64,000 nucleotides of DNA from Dehalococcoidia bacterium (GTDB taxonomy: Bacteria; Chloroflexota; Dehalococcoidia; UBA2979). The stretch spans positions 4,733-68,732 of the forward strand of contig JAKUNM010000001.1 of NCBI GenBank assembly GCA_022451865.1, written 5' to 3'. Positions within the stretch are counted from its first letter, which is position 1, and each line of letters starts with the position of its first letter. The notes below the pieces were generated by a model, which was given only the letters and a program-made list of their open reading frames with translations, searched no databases and was not told the DNA's origin. Shown one piece after another: positions 40,877 to 50,379 of this stretch. The position numbers and the translations under genes are program-made.

Positions 40877-42193
40877 TTATTGATTTGCTAATGCAACGTT
40901 TGCGCTTGTTCGAATATCTCTCTCATAATACAAGCGCATTACAGCACTAGCTAGAGATTCTCCATCATGTCGATAACGGCGTTCATGGTCGACTATATCT
41001 AACAAAACTAATCTTGAATTCCCGTAATCAGCATCTCCTGGAGCTACTACTGGCTGTGATTGCCATTCATGTGGAAAACTATCAACCGGCAAATTGCTGT
41101 TGGCTAATACTACATTGGCAAAATATTCACTACCGAGATGTTTCCTTATTGTGCAGTAATGATCTGATGCATTGTAATTATTAGTTTCTCCATGCTGAGT
41201 TGCGACATTACTGATATAGATTTTATGTGCCTTTGTATTCAATAAAGCATTACCAATATCGTTTACTAATAGATTAGGTAATATCGAAGTGAAAAGACTC
41301 CCAGGGCCAATTAATACTAGATCTGCCTTAGCGATAGCACTCACAGCTTTCGGATTGGCTGTTACATTTTTTGGATTAATGTATACAGAAGAAGGGGCGA
41401 TCCCTTTACTTGGTATTTGGGATTCGCCTTCAATGATAGTTCCATCATTAAATCTAGCACTTAAGGTTATATCTTCGAGTGAAGCTGGAATTATTTCCCC
41501 TCTTACATTCAGTACTCTTGATGTCTCGGCTATCGCAAGTTCCATCGATCCGGTTACTTCGGCCATGGCTGCGATAAATAAGTTTCCAAATGAATGTCCA
41601 CTCATTTCATCATCATTCCTTTCGGGGAATCGATGTTGAAACAATTCAGTTACTAAAGGCTCAGACTCGGCCATAGCCGCAATACAATTTCTTATATCTC
41701 CAGGTGGTATTATAAAACGATCTCTTCGGAGCCTCCCGCTTGATCCTCCGTCATCAGCTACAGTCACAATTGCAGTCAGATTACCCGTATACTGTTTTAA
41801 TCCTCTTAAAAGATTAGATAGACCTGTCCCGCCACCGATTGCGACTATCTTTGGCCCGCGATCTAGTGTCCTACGTTGGTAAACTAAATCAACGATATCT
41901 TGTTTTGTGCCTGATCCGATTAACGTACGTGCTAAAGATTGGTTTAATTTCCATCCAGCAAAAAGTGTAATAATAGATGCTAGCCCAATAAATAGAAATC
42001 CACGTAATACTCTGGGTGTGAATTGTAGTGTTGCATAGTAAGTCCAATCAGGGAATGTATAGGTCAGGTAGAAGGCACGTAGTAGGTAAGAAAGGCCTAG
42101 TCCCATTATGGCAACACCAAGTAAAAGCAGTATCAACCAGCGCTTGATACTGAGACCAACATACAACCATTTCGTTAGACTTGGACGGTCCAA
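40877..42193 (-). CDS. YvcK/CofD-family gluconeogenesis factor (UPF0052) with an N-terminal transmembrane extension
   Basis: IVAIGGGTGLSNLLRGLKQYT..LTAIVTVADDGGSSGRLRRD is the YvcK signature. Two or three predicted TM helices precede it; ~110 aa extra at the N-terminus. Confidence 0.75.
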   Translation of the reverse strand: MDRPSLTKWLYVGLSIKRWLILLLLGVAIMGLGLSYLLRAFYLTYTFPDWTYYATLQFTPRVLRGFLFIGLASIITLFAGWKLNQSLARTLIGSGTKQDIVDLVYQRRTLDRGPKIVAIGGGTGLSNLLRGLKQYTGNLTAIVTVADDGGSSGRLRRDRFIIPPGDIRNCIAAMAESEPLVTELFQHRFPERNDDEMSGHSFGNLFIAAMAEVTGSMELAIAETSRVLNVRGEIIPASLEDITLSARFNDGTIIEGESQIPSKGIAPSSVYINPKNVTANPKAVSAIAKADLVLIGPGSLFTSILPNLLVNDIGNALLNTKAHKIYISNVATQHGETNNYNASDHYCTIRKHLGSEYFANVVLANSNLPVDSFPHEWQSQPVVAPGDADYGNSRLVLLDIVDHERRYRHDGESLASAVMRLYYERDIRTSANVALANQ

Positions 42194-42265
42194 TGTACCT
42201 TCCTAGCAACATACTTCATGATCGATTTACTCTCGTTGTGTTACTGAAGTCAAGAGATTAGATAA

Positions 42266-43729
42266 TTAGTTTAGTTTATCCAGTGTAGTTAATATCAAGT
42301 TATTTGTTGTATTAGGGTCTGCACGTCCTTTTGTTTCACGCATTACCTGACCAACCAAAAATTTGACCGCACTATCTTTTCCTTGTTTGTAGTCACTTAC
42401 AGCTTTAGGATTTGCATCAATAATATTGTCGATTACGACTTGGATAGCATCTCCCTCAGTGACTTGCCCCAACCCCTTTTCTTCAATAATTTGCTCTGGA
42501 GTTGTGCCAGTTTCGAATGCAAATTCCAACACGTCTTTTGCCGTACTCGCAGTGATTTTTTTGCTGTCCACCAACAAAACTAGGGATGCTATATGTGCAG
42601 GTGTAATCCCTGTATCGACTAGTTCAGCATCTGCCCGCCCCATTGTATTAATTTTTCCAGCTACATCTCCGATAAACCAGTTAGCTACTAGTTTCGCTAA
42701 GCGATTTTCTTTGACAAGTTTGACAGTTTCTTCAAAATCTTCAGCACGTTGTTTTGTTTCTGTAAGCACTTTTGATTGAAGTGGTGGGATTGCATAAGTT
42801 GATTCAAAGCGTTGCTGCTTTTCTATAGGTAGCTCAGGTAGATCTGATTTTATTTGTTCAACTTGATGACGAGAAATTTTCAATGGAGGTAAATCTGGTT
42901 CAGGAAAATAGCGATAGTCATTGGCTTCTTCTTTTGACCTTTGTGATACTGTTTCACCAAGAGCATCTACATATCCTCTTGTTTCCTGAATAATACGTTC
43001 CCCAGCATCAAGAAGTTTTGATTGTCTTTTAATTTCGTATTCAATCGCTCTTTGTACAGAGCGGAAAGAATTCATATTTTTTACTTCTACTTTATTGCCG
43101 AGTTTCGACTCTCCTCTTGGCTTTAAAGATACATTAGCATCACAACGAAAAGATCCTTTTTCCATATCCGCATCAGATACTTCGATATAGCGAAAAATTT
43201 GTCGTAGTGATCTTAGAAAATTCGCAGCAGCTTCTGCTGAACGAATATCTGGATGTGTCACTAATTCCATTAAGGGGACACCAGCTCTATTAAAATCGAT
43301 TAATGAGTACTCTTCTATGCCATCATTTCGATGGATAAGTCTTCCAGTATCTTCTTCAAGGTGGATACGTTCAATTCGTATTGATTGCTTTCCATTAGAT
43401 GTGTCAACATCAAGTTGGCCGTCGATACAAAAAGGCATGTCATATTGTGTGATCTGGTAGCCTTTAGGCAGATCAGGATATGGATAATTTTTACGATCGA
43501 ACTTTGCATTTTCTGGGATTGTACATCCTAAAGCTAAGCCTGTACGTATAGTAAGTGCTACGGCCTCTCTATTAATTACTGGTAAAGTACCAGGTAAACC
43601 TAACGTAACTGGATCAATTAAAGTATTAGGTGGTTCATCAAAATAGTCACGTGGACAATCTGAAAACATCTTCGACTTAGTTTTTAATTGACAGTGTACC
43701 TCTAGGCCAATAACAGCTTCGTATTGCAT
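42266..43729 (-). CDS. gatB: Asp-tRNA(Asn)/Glu-tRNA(Gln) amidotransferase subunit B
   Basis: MQYEAVIGLEVHCQLKT N-terminus, cradle domain and C-terminal YqeY-like domain. Confidence 0.9.
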   Translation of the reverse strand: MQYEAVIGLEVHCQLKTKSKMFSDCPRDYFDEPPNTLIDPVTLGLPGTLPVINREAVALTIRTGLALGCTIPENAKFDRKNYPYPDLPKGYQITQYDMPFCIDGQLDVDTSNGKQSIRIERIHLEEDTGRLIHRNDGIEEYSLIDFNRAGVPLMELVTHPDIRSAEAAANFLRSLRQIFRYIEVSDADMEKGSFRCDANVSLKPRGESKLGNKVEVKNMNSFRSVQRAIEYEIKRQSKLLDAGERIIQETRGYVDALGETVSQRSKEEANDYRYFPEPDLPPLKISRHQVEQIKSDLPELPIEKQQRFESTYAIPPLQSKVLTETKQRAEDFEETVKLVKENRLAKLVANWFIGDVAGKINTMGRADAELVDTGITPAHIASLVLLVDSKKITASTAKDVLEFAFETGTTPEQIIEEKGLGQVTEGDAIQVVIDNIIDANPKAVSDYKQGKDSAVKFLVGQVMRETKGRADPNTTNNLILTTLDKLN

Positions 43730-43859
43730 ATTTACACTCTCTCACTAATTACCAGCAAAAAAAACTATTTTACTAATTAATAATGGTTCTTCTACAACGT
43801 TTTATTAATGTATGATTTCAGAAATATTTTAAGTGTGGTTTACTAATTGAACAATATGA

Positions 43860-45056
43860 ATGGGAATGAGTATGAACCAATCAGTAAAAGCTCTCGATGA
43901 TCTAGTTATTCTTGATCTCTCAACTTCTATTGCTGCCGCTTGGTGTACTAGGCTATTTGCTGATTTCGGAGCAAAAGTGGTAGTGATAGAACCTCCAGAA
44001 GGAAATTCTCTTAGACATTTAGTCTCCAACGATTCTGAAGGCTCTAATTTGCTTACAGATCATCTTTTATCGAATAAAAAATCTCTACAATTAGATATTG
44101 AAAGTACGGATGGGAGGGTTCTTTTTTTAGATTTGATTGATAAATGTGACGTCATTGTTGAAAGCTCTGTGCCAAGTCAATTAGAAAAATACGGGTTGGG
44201 ATTTAATGATCTGCATGATTCTTTCCCTGATTTGGTAGTACTTTCTGTAACTCCTTATGGTCAGGCAAACGAATATAGTTTTGCGCCTGCTAATAGTTTA
44301 GCGATTGCAGCACGTTCAGGGTGGGCATCCATTAATGGATTCGAAGAGAAAGGGCCTCTTTCTACAAGCAGTAATCAATCAGCATATTGTGCAGGTGTTC
44401 TTGCGTACGGCGCTACTCTCGCTGCAATATTTAGTGCGAGACAAGAGTCTGGGAGTGGTCAATATATTGATATTTCTGAATTCGAGGTTATGGTTTCGAA
44501 TTTTGCTCCACCTGCACTCTCCTCAGAATATAGTGGCAACATAACTAAACAAAAAAGCATGCATGAGACAAATCTTCTCGCAGGACCTGTTCCAGTTCAA
44601 GATGGTCATTTTGCTCTTACTCTAAGTAGGGCACATTTTTTTAGAGATGCGATGATGGTTTTAGGTTTGGAAGATTTAGCTGAAAATCTTGATTTACATG
44701 AAACGTGGTATCGAATGGCACATAAAGACTTATGGATGGGTAGAGTTCAAGATGCAATGAGTGAGTGGACACGCGAAGAATTATTTGACGAACTTGCCTT
44801 GCGGAGAGTAGTGGCAGGACCAGTGTTGAAGATGGATGAACTTGTAGAGAATGTTCATCTTCAAGAACGAGGCTTTTGGAATCTTTTGCGAGATGATCCA
44901 TTGCAGGTATTAAGACCTGGTGCACCATTTAAGTTATCTGAAACACCGTGGGTACTTGCTCATAAGGCACCTGATATTGGTCAACACAATGAAGAATTAA
45001 CGCATATGATTCTTCATTCTTCTAATGCCATTAAATCACACGATGGAGGAATCTAA
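43860..45056 (+). CDS. Family III CoA-transferase (CaiB/BaiF family)
   Basis: N-terminal Rossmann LDDLVILDLSTSIAAAWCTRLFADFGAKVVVIEPPEG and interlocking-dimer architecture; ~400 aa. Confidence 0.85.
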   Translation: MGMSMNQSVKALDDLVILDLSTSIAAAWCTRLFADFGAKVVVIEPPEGNSLRHLVSNDSEGSNLLTDHLLSNKKSLQLDIESTDGRVLFLDLIDKCDVIVESSVPSQLEKYGLGFNDLHDSFPDLVVLSVTPYGQANEYSFAPANSLAIAARSGWASINGFEEKGPLSTSSNQSAYCAGVLAYGATLAAIFSARQESGSGQYIDISEFEVMVSNFAPPALSSEYSGNITKQKSMHETNLLAGPVPVQDGHFALTLSRAHFFRDAMMVLGLEDLAENLDLHETWYRMAHKDLWMGRVQDAMSEWTREELFDELALRRVVAGPVLKMDELVENVHLQERGFWNLLRDDPLQVLRPGAPFKLSETPWVLAHKAPDIGQHNEELTHMILHSSNAIKSHDGGI

Positions 45057-46318
45057 TGTCAGGACCTCTAAAAGGAATTCGTGGAATTGTTCTAACTCAA
45101 GCATGGGCTGGCAGTTACTGTACAGAACTTTTTGCGATGGCTGGAGCTGACATCGTACAACTAGAGGTTCGTAAACGTCCCGATTCTTGGAGAGGAACGT
45201 ACACAGCTCCGATGTCAGAATCTATGAATAAAATATCCACTGCAAGGCATGTCTGGAATATCAATTCAAATTTTAATGCTGTTAATCTTGGGAAAAGATC
45301 CTTTACATTAGATTTATCGCGTGATGAAGGCGTGGATATTTTTAAATCTTTAATTAAGCACGCAGATTTTGTTGCTGAAAATTTCTCTCCTCGTGTAATG
45401 GGTAACTTAGGTTTTTCATATGAAGAATTATGTGAGATTAAACCTGATATTATTTTGGCTAGTCTTTCTGCATATGGCCATGATGGACCATGGTGTAATG
45501 TTCCAGGGATTGGAGGAACAGTAGAACCTACTTCCGGTATGTCTGCTTTATTAGGTTATGGAGATGGTGTGCCTATTAATTCAGGTGTTATGTATCCAGA
45601 TGCAGTTGCAGGTCTTTATGGATTTTCTGGCCTTTTGACTGCATTACACTATCGTAATCGTACTGGTAAGGGTCAGTTTGTTGATTTATCTATGCAGGAA
45701 GCTAATTTGGCTAATATTGGTGAAGCTGCATTAGAGTACACCTATACAAAGCAAGTCCCTAATGCGATAGGAAATCGTCATAAAATTTATGCTCCACACG
45801 GAATATTTCCTTGTGCCGATGGTGTTGAAGGGAATAAAAAGTGGATTGCTATTGCTGCTGAAAATGATACGCAATGGCTGGCACTGTGTGAAATCTCAGG
45901 TATGTCATGGGCGAGCAATTCGAAATTTAGCAATAATGTTTTACGTAAGGAAAACGAGGATGAACTTAATCAAGAAATTTCTTTATGGACTCGAGGACAA
46001 GATCGAGATTTACTTTCGGACTTTTTAAGTTCAAAAGGTGTGATAGCAGCCCCTGTCTTAAATGCAAAAGAATTATTAAACGATCACGTTCTACGTTCAC
46101 GTGGTGTTATTGTCGAGTTAGATCATCCAGAAGTAGGAAAAAAAGCTCAAATTGGAGCCCCCTTTCATTTTTCCCAAGACAAAATATCAGTAGAACGTCC
46201 ATCTCCTTTACAAGGAGAGCACTCGTTCGAAGTTTTTTCAGAGCTTTTAGGAATGGATCGTGATGAATATGAAAAGTTAGTCGCAGAAAATATTTCAGGG
46301 GAAGGACCACCGAAATGA
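45056..46318 (+). CDS. Family III CoA-transferase (CaiB/BaiF family), second paralog
   Basis: LKGIRGIVLTQAWAGSYCTELFAMAGADIVQLE N-terminus. Start overlaps the upstream stop (TAATG). Confidence 0.85.
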   Translation: MSGPLKGIRGIVLTQAWAGSYCTELFAMAGADIVQLEVRKRPDSWRGTYTAPMSESMNKISTARHVWNINSNFNAVNLGKRSFTLDLSRDEGVDIFKSLIKHADFVAENFSPRVMGNLGFSYEELCEIKPDIILASLSAYGHDGPWCNVPGIGGTVEPTSGMSALLGYGDGVPINSGVMYPDAVAGLYGFSGLLTALHYRNRTGKGQFVDLSMQEANLANIGEAALEYTYTKQVPNAIGNRHKIYAPHGIFPCADGVEGNKKWIAIAAENDTQWLALCEISGMSWASNSKFSNNVLRKENEDELNQEISLWTRGQDRDLLSDFLSSKGVIAAPVLNAKELLNDHVLRSRGVIVELDHPEVGKKAQIGAPFHFSQDKISVERPSPLQGEHSFEVFSELLGMDRDEYEKLVAENISGEGPPK

Positions 46319-47157
46319 AAGATTTTGAACAAATTCGATATGTCGAGGAAGATCACGTTGCTCGTATAATTCTTGATCGCCCAAATTATCGCAATGCTCA
46401 GAGTAGAAAACTTCTTGAAGAAATGGATGAAGCTTTTGACTTAGCTGTTGATAATAGAAAAATTCGAATGATAGTTCTTTCTGGTGAAGGGCATTCTTTT
46501 TCAGCAGGTCATGATTTAGGTACTCCTGAAAACATTGCAGATCAAGAAAACCGTCCCTATGAAGAAGGGATGAGAGGTATATATAAAAGATCTACAGCTC
46601 AGAATGTCACTAATACATTGCGTTGGAGGAATATTCCCAAACCAACTATGGCTATAGTACATGGGTACTGCATATTTGGTGGCTGGATGATTGCATCTGC
46701 GATGGATCTAATTTTTGCTGCTGATGATGCTATGTTCTTAGGGACTAACTTTCAATATTTTTCACCTCCGTGGGATATCCATCCCCGAAAAGTAAAGGAA
46801 ATTTTCTTTGAAAGTCGATTTATTGATGGTAAAGAAGCTCATGAACTTGGCCTAGTTAATAGGGTTTACCCTCAGGAAATCTTAGAAAAAGAGGCTATGT
46901 CTTATGCACATCGTGTTGCGGAAAACGATGAATTTCAACTTCGTCTTATTAAACTAGCAGTAAATCGTGCTCAGGATAATCAAGGATTCACAGAACATAT
47001 TAATGATGCTCACTTACTTCATTTATTAAGTAGTCAAGCTGAGAAAGATCCTGATTTTGCATTGCAGAAGCCAGACATGCGTCGAAGACCAATGGTTCAA
47101 CGTGCGGTTGAAAACTATGAGTTACATAAAAAAAATAATTTGCAAAAAGAAGAGTAA
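46315..47157 (+). CDS. Enoyl-CoA hydratase/isomerase (crotonase superfamily)
   Basis: VARIILDRPNYRNAQS..L..E..EA........IRMIVLSGEGHSFSAGHDL oxyanion-hole region. 4-nt overlap with the upstream gene. Confidence 0.85.
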   Translation: MKDFEQIRYVEEDHVARIILDRPNYRNAQSRKLLEEMDEAFDLAVDNRKIRMIVLSGEGHSFSAGHDLGTPENIADQENRPYEEGMRGIYKRSTAQNVTNTLRWRNIPKPTMAIVHGYCIFGGWMIASAMDLIFAADDAMFLGTNFQYFSPPWDIHPRKVKEIFFESRFIDGKEAHELGLVNRVYPQEILEKEAMSYAHRVAENDEFQLRLIKLAVNRAQDNQGFTEHINDAHLLHLLSSQAEKDPDFALQKPDMRRRPMVQRAVENYELHKKNNLQKEE

Positions 47158-47161
47158 TTAT

Positions 47162-49594
47162 CTATTTGATAGTTTTTATTATGCCTGCTGAAGACCATTT
47201 TTCGATATCTTTTTTGGTTGAACCAACTAGTTGATTTAGTATTTCTTCAGTATGCTCTCCGAAGCGTGGCGCAGGTTGAATGTTCTGAACAGGTCTTCTT
47301 TTGTATCGCCATACAGGTCTTGTAGTTATCTGTTCTCCAGTCTCAATATGTTTATATGTCATGAAAGCTAAGCGGTCTTTTAAATGTTTGTCATATTTTA
47401 GCTGCAATGGTGACAGGACTGGTGAAGCAGCGATCCCTAGTGATTGTAATTGCTCTGCAAGTTCTTCAGCATGTTTTTCCCTAATCCAAGGTTTAATTAT
47501 TTTTTCAATTTTTTCTTTATTACTTACTCGAGCAGCTTTTGATGTAAATTCTGGTGTTAGAAGATTTTTGTCTTCAATCAAAGAACAAAACGAAATCCAT
47601 TTTGTGTCATCATTAATTTCAAAGGCTATATAAGTATCTACAATTTCATTTAAGATAGAGCCGTCTGAGTCCGTTTGATAGCGCGGGATGCTATCTTGTG
47701 TTTGATAGACTCCTGATGGCACATCTTGATAGTTATTATTTCCTTCACGATGTGGCAGGGGGTTACCGATTGATTCTGCAACAATATATTCACCTATTAA
47801 TCCAATAATGCCATCTCTTTGCGGTATAACGATGTGGCAACCTTGGTCTAGAGATTCTTTCCGATGAAGTGCAATTGCGATAGCGGCTGCTGCAGTTGTT
47901 CCAGCTATGGGGTCACCATAAGAGATTCCACTTTTATGAGGTTCTTTGGAATCGTAGCCTTGCAACCAAACCAAACCTCCCATTTGTTCGATGCCTGGTC
48001 CGTATCCTACACGATTTGCATCAGATCCTTCATGTCCAAAGCCAGGCATCGATACATATATTATAGAAGGATTTATTGCTTTAACTTTTTCATAATCTAA
48101 TCCAAGTCTGACTGCTACTCCTGAGCTCCAATTTTCTACAAATATATCAGCTGATGAAAGAAGTTTTAGAATAGCCTCTTTACCTATTGTTGATTTTAAG
48201 TCAATAACTAGACTTCGTTTATTGCGATTATATTCATTAAAGTATGCACTTTGATTAATTTCATTATCACTTAAACTTCCTCCCACTCCACGTACAGAGT
48301 CAGGAAAGTCAGGTCCTTCTATTTTTATTACGTCTGCGCCCATATCTCCAAGATAACGACAAGCATATGGACCAGCCCAAATTTGAGTAACATCGATTAC
48401 TCTCATACCTTCTAGAGGCATATCCGGAGAATGAATGTCATCTTTCTTGTCAATTTCTATAGAATTAACTGTTGAAGAAAATATATTACGAATACTTTCG
48501 GAATCTTCATTGACTAAAGGTGCACGCTTTTGGAATCCTCTATTCCCATCAAAAATAATTGGACCTGCAGGTAGAAGATGTTTGCCCAGTGTAGGATGTT
48601 CCACTTCATGCCAGAAATTAATTTCTTTTAGATTGTTTGAGTTAATTAACTCGTTGGGTGACATGATTTTTGTGAAAGGTGTTCGATGTTTTTGGGCAGT
48701 TTCAAAAATTTCATTTGAGCTGCGGATGCTTGTCCATTCTCTTATAATTTCGAATAGCACATCATTTGTATTAGGCTCCCAAGCATTTTCAAAGAATGGA
48801 TCTTCTTTGAATTCTGATTTACCTATACAGTCATAAATCGAAAAGCCTTGTCGAGGCATACCTGCTAGACCTATGAAGCCATCTTTAGTTGGATGTATTC
48901 CCCAGGTAGCTCGCGGTGAATTGCCTGTTCTTGTAGCATCACTGTCTCTAACTAATGCTGCTGGCCCTGCACCTTCTAATGTGGCATTTTGAACTTCTTG
49001 GAGCGAGAGATCAATGTAATCACCAAGTCCACTTCTTTTTGCTGCGACTAATGCCATTGAGATAGCAGCAAAGGCATGTAAACCACCTTGGTAATAAGCC
49101 TGATGTCCTACAGGTTTAAGCGGTTCCTGATCAGGTTCTCCGCACAAACTCATTTCTCCACCAGAAGCGGCGGCAGTCAGAGATGTTGCACTCCAGAGTG
49201 CATGTCTACCATATTGTCCATATGGAGTGATTGAACAAGTGACTATCTGTTTTTTTTTATTTATCAATTCTGAGGGATCGATTCCGTATGATGATAATTG
49301 CCCCGGGGCATATGATTCAATTAGTACATCAGAATCGAGAATTATCTGTTCTAATAATTCTCGATCGACCTTTAATTCTAGATTAATAGAAATTGATTTT
49401 TTACCACTATGCAAGTAAGCACCAAGTATGTTTGTATTTGGATCATATGAATTTGCATCGGATATATTTCGAATATTGTCTCCAAAAGATGTTTCGACAA
49501 GTATTACTTCTGCACCATATGTTGCAAATAATTTTCCGGCGAATGCACCTGAAATATCATTTGCGAGTTCTACAACTTTAATTCTATCGAGCAT
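47162..49594 (-). CDS. Fused tandem family III CoA-transferase (two CaiB/BaiF domains in one 810-aa polypeptide)
   Basis: Domain 1 N-terminus MLDRIKVVELANDISGAFAGKLFATYGAEVILVE. A second complete domain starts near residue ~390: LEGMRVIDVTQIWAGPYACRYLGDMGADVIKIEGP. Confidence 0.8.
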   Translation of the reverse strand: MLDRIKVVELANDISGAFAGKLFATYGAEVILVETSFGDNIRNISDANSYDPNTNILGAYLHSGKKSISINLELKVDRELLEQIILDSDVLIESYAPGQLSSYGIDPSELINKKKQIVTCSITPYGQYGRHALWSATSLTAAASGGEMSLCGEPDQEPLKPVGHQAYYQGGLHAFAAISMALVAAKRSGLGDYIDLSLQEVQNATLEGAGPAALVRDSDATRTGNSPRATWGIHPTKDGFIGLAGMPRQGFSIYDCIGKSEFKEDPFFENAWEPNTNDVLFEIIREWTSIRSSNEIFETAQKHRTPFTKIMSPNELINSNNLKEINFWHEVEHPTLGKHLLPAGPIIFDGNRGFQKRAPLVNEDSESIRNIFSSTVNSIEIDKKDDIHSPDMPLEGMRVIDVTQIWAGPYACRYLGDMGADVIKIEGPDFPDSVRGVGGSLSDNEINQSAYFNEYNRNKRSLVIDLKSTIGKEAILKLLSSADIFVENWSSGVAVRLGLDYEKVKAINPSIIYVSMPGFGHEGSDANRVGYGPGIEQMGGLVWLQGYDSKEPHKSGISYGDPIAGTTAAAAIAIALHRKESLDQGCHIVIPQRDGIIGLIGEYIVAESIGNPLPHREGNNNYQDVPSGVYQTQDSIPRYQTDSDGSILNEIVDTYIAFEINDDTKWISFCSLIEDKNLLTPEFTSKAARVSNKEKIEKIIKPWIREKHAEELAEQLQSLGIAASPVLSPLQLKYDKHLKDRLAFMTYKHIETGEQITTRPVWRYKRRPVQNIQPAPRFGEHTEEILNQLVGSTKKDIEKWSSAGIIKTIK

Positions 49595-49628
49595 CTGAAT
49601 ATTTTATGGCTACCTGTTTTAGGACTAT

Positions 49629-50060
49629 CTAGATAAGTTTTGATGCATTATCGATAAATACTTGTAGGCTGGGGTTGTAACGGAAAAATAAGTCAGCCTT
49701 AAAACCATCTTCCATTAAGTTTTTATGGATTTCCTCTTCCAATCTCAAATCAAGAGTATTAAGTGTCCATTCACCTGTTGCATGTCCATTCTCAGAAATA
49801 TTTTCTAGCATTTCATCCCAAATATTAGTAGGCATTTCTACTACAACATCGACATCACGAAGTTCATCATCATTAATTTGATGAATATTGTTGATATCTA
49901 GGACATCAAAATTACAACTAATATTAGTCTTACCATATTTGAAGGCAATCAAGGCATTCAAGCGTCCATAACGTCGATAATTTTCATCTTCTACAGTTAT
50001 GTCTGCTAATTTCTGAAACCATTCAACGGAAGGAAACCTTTCTAAATTACTTGCCATCAT
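49629..50060 (-). CDS. Hypothetical protein, possibly SCP2-like lipid/acyl-binding domain
   Basis: 143 aa. Spacing of conserved W/hydrophobic positions (FPSVEWFQKLADI...YRRYGRLNALIAFKYG...) weakly resembles SCP2 sterol-carrier-like domains. Co-operonic with the CoA-transferase. Confidence 0.3.
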   Translation of the reverse strand: MMASNLERFPSVEWFQKLADITVEDENYRRYGRLNALIAFKYGKTNISCNFDVLDINNIHQINDDELRDVDVVVEMPTNIWDEMLENISENGHATGEWTLNTLDLRLEEEIHKNLMEDGFKADLFFRYNPSLQVFIDNASKLI

Positions 50061-50073
50061 GTCCTCCTAAAAG

Positions 50074-50376
50074 TTAAAAATCTATCGGTTTTCCAGGATC
50101 TTCAGCAACATCAAACGGAGTCATTTTTGCGAGATGTCTCATTGGTTCCGCTTCCGGTGTTTGTGCCATTCTGTCTTCTACCATGCGTTTGTACATAGGA
50201 TCTAAAGATCTTAATGCATCTATTTCATTTCTTGAAAGAGAAAAAGAGGTAGGGATCTTTCGGATTTTGGGACTTGAACATGCAATACATTCCTCTGGTT
50301 CTGGTGATTGTGACCCGCGAACCAATTTTTCAAATTGTTCATTACAAATTTCACAGCGATAAGCAAATAACGGCAT
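50074..50376 (-). CDS. FmdB-family zinc-ribbon protein
   Basis: MPLFAYRCEICNEQFE...ECIACSS: CxxC...CxxC zinc ribbon at the N-terminus, as in the FmdB family; 100 aa. Confidence 0.65.
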   Translation of the reverse strand: MPLFAYRCEICNEQFEKLVRGSQSPEPEECIACSSPKIRKIPTSFSLSRNEIDALRSLDPMYKRMVEDRMAQTPEAEPMRHLAKMTPFDVAEDPGKPIDF

Positions 50377-50379
50377 ATA

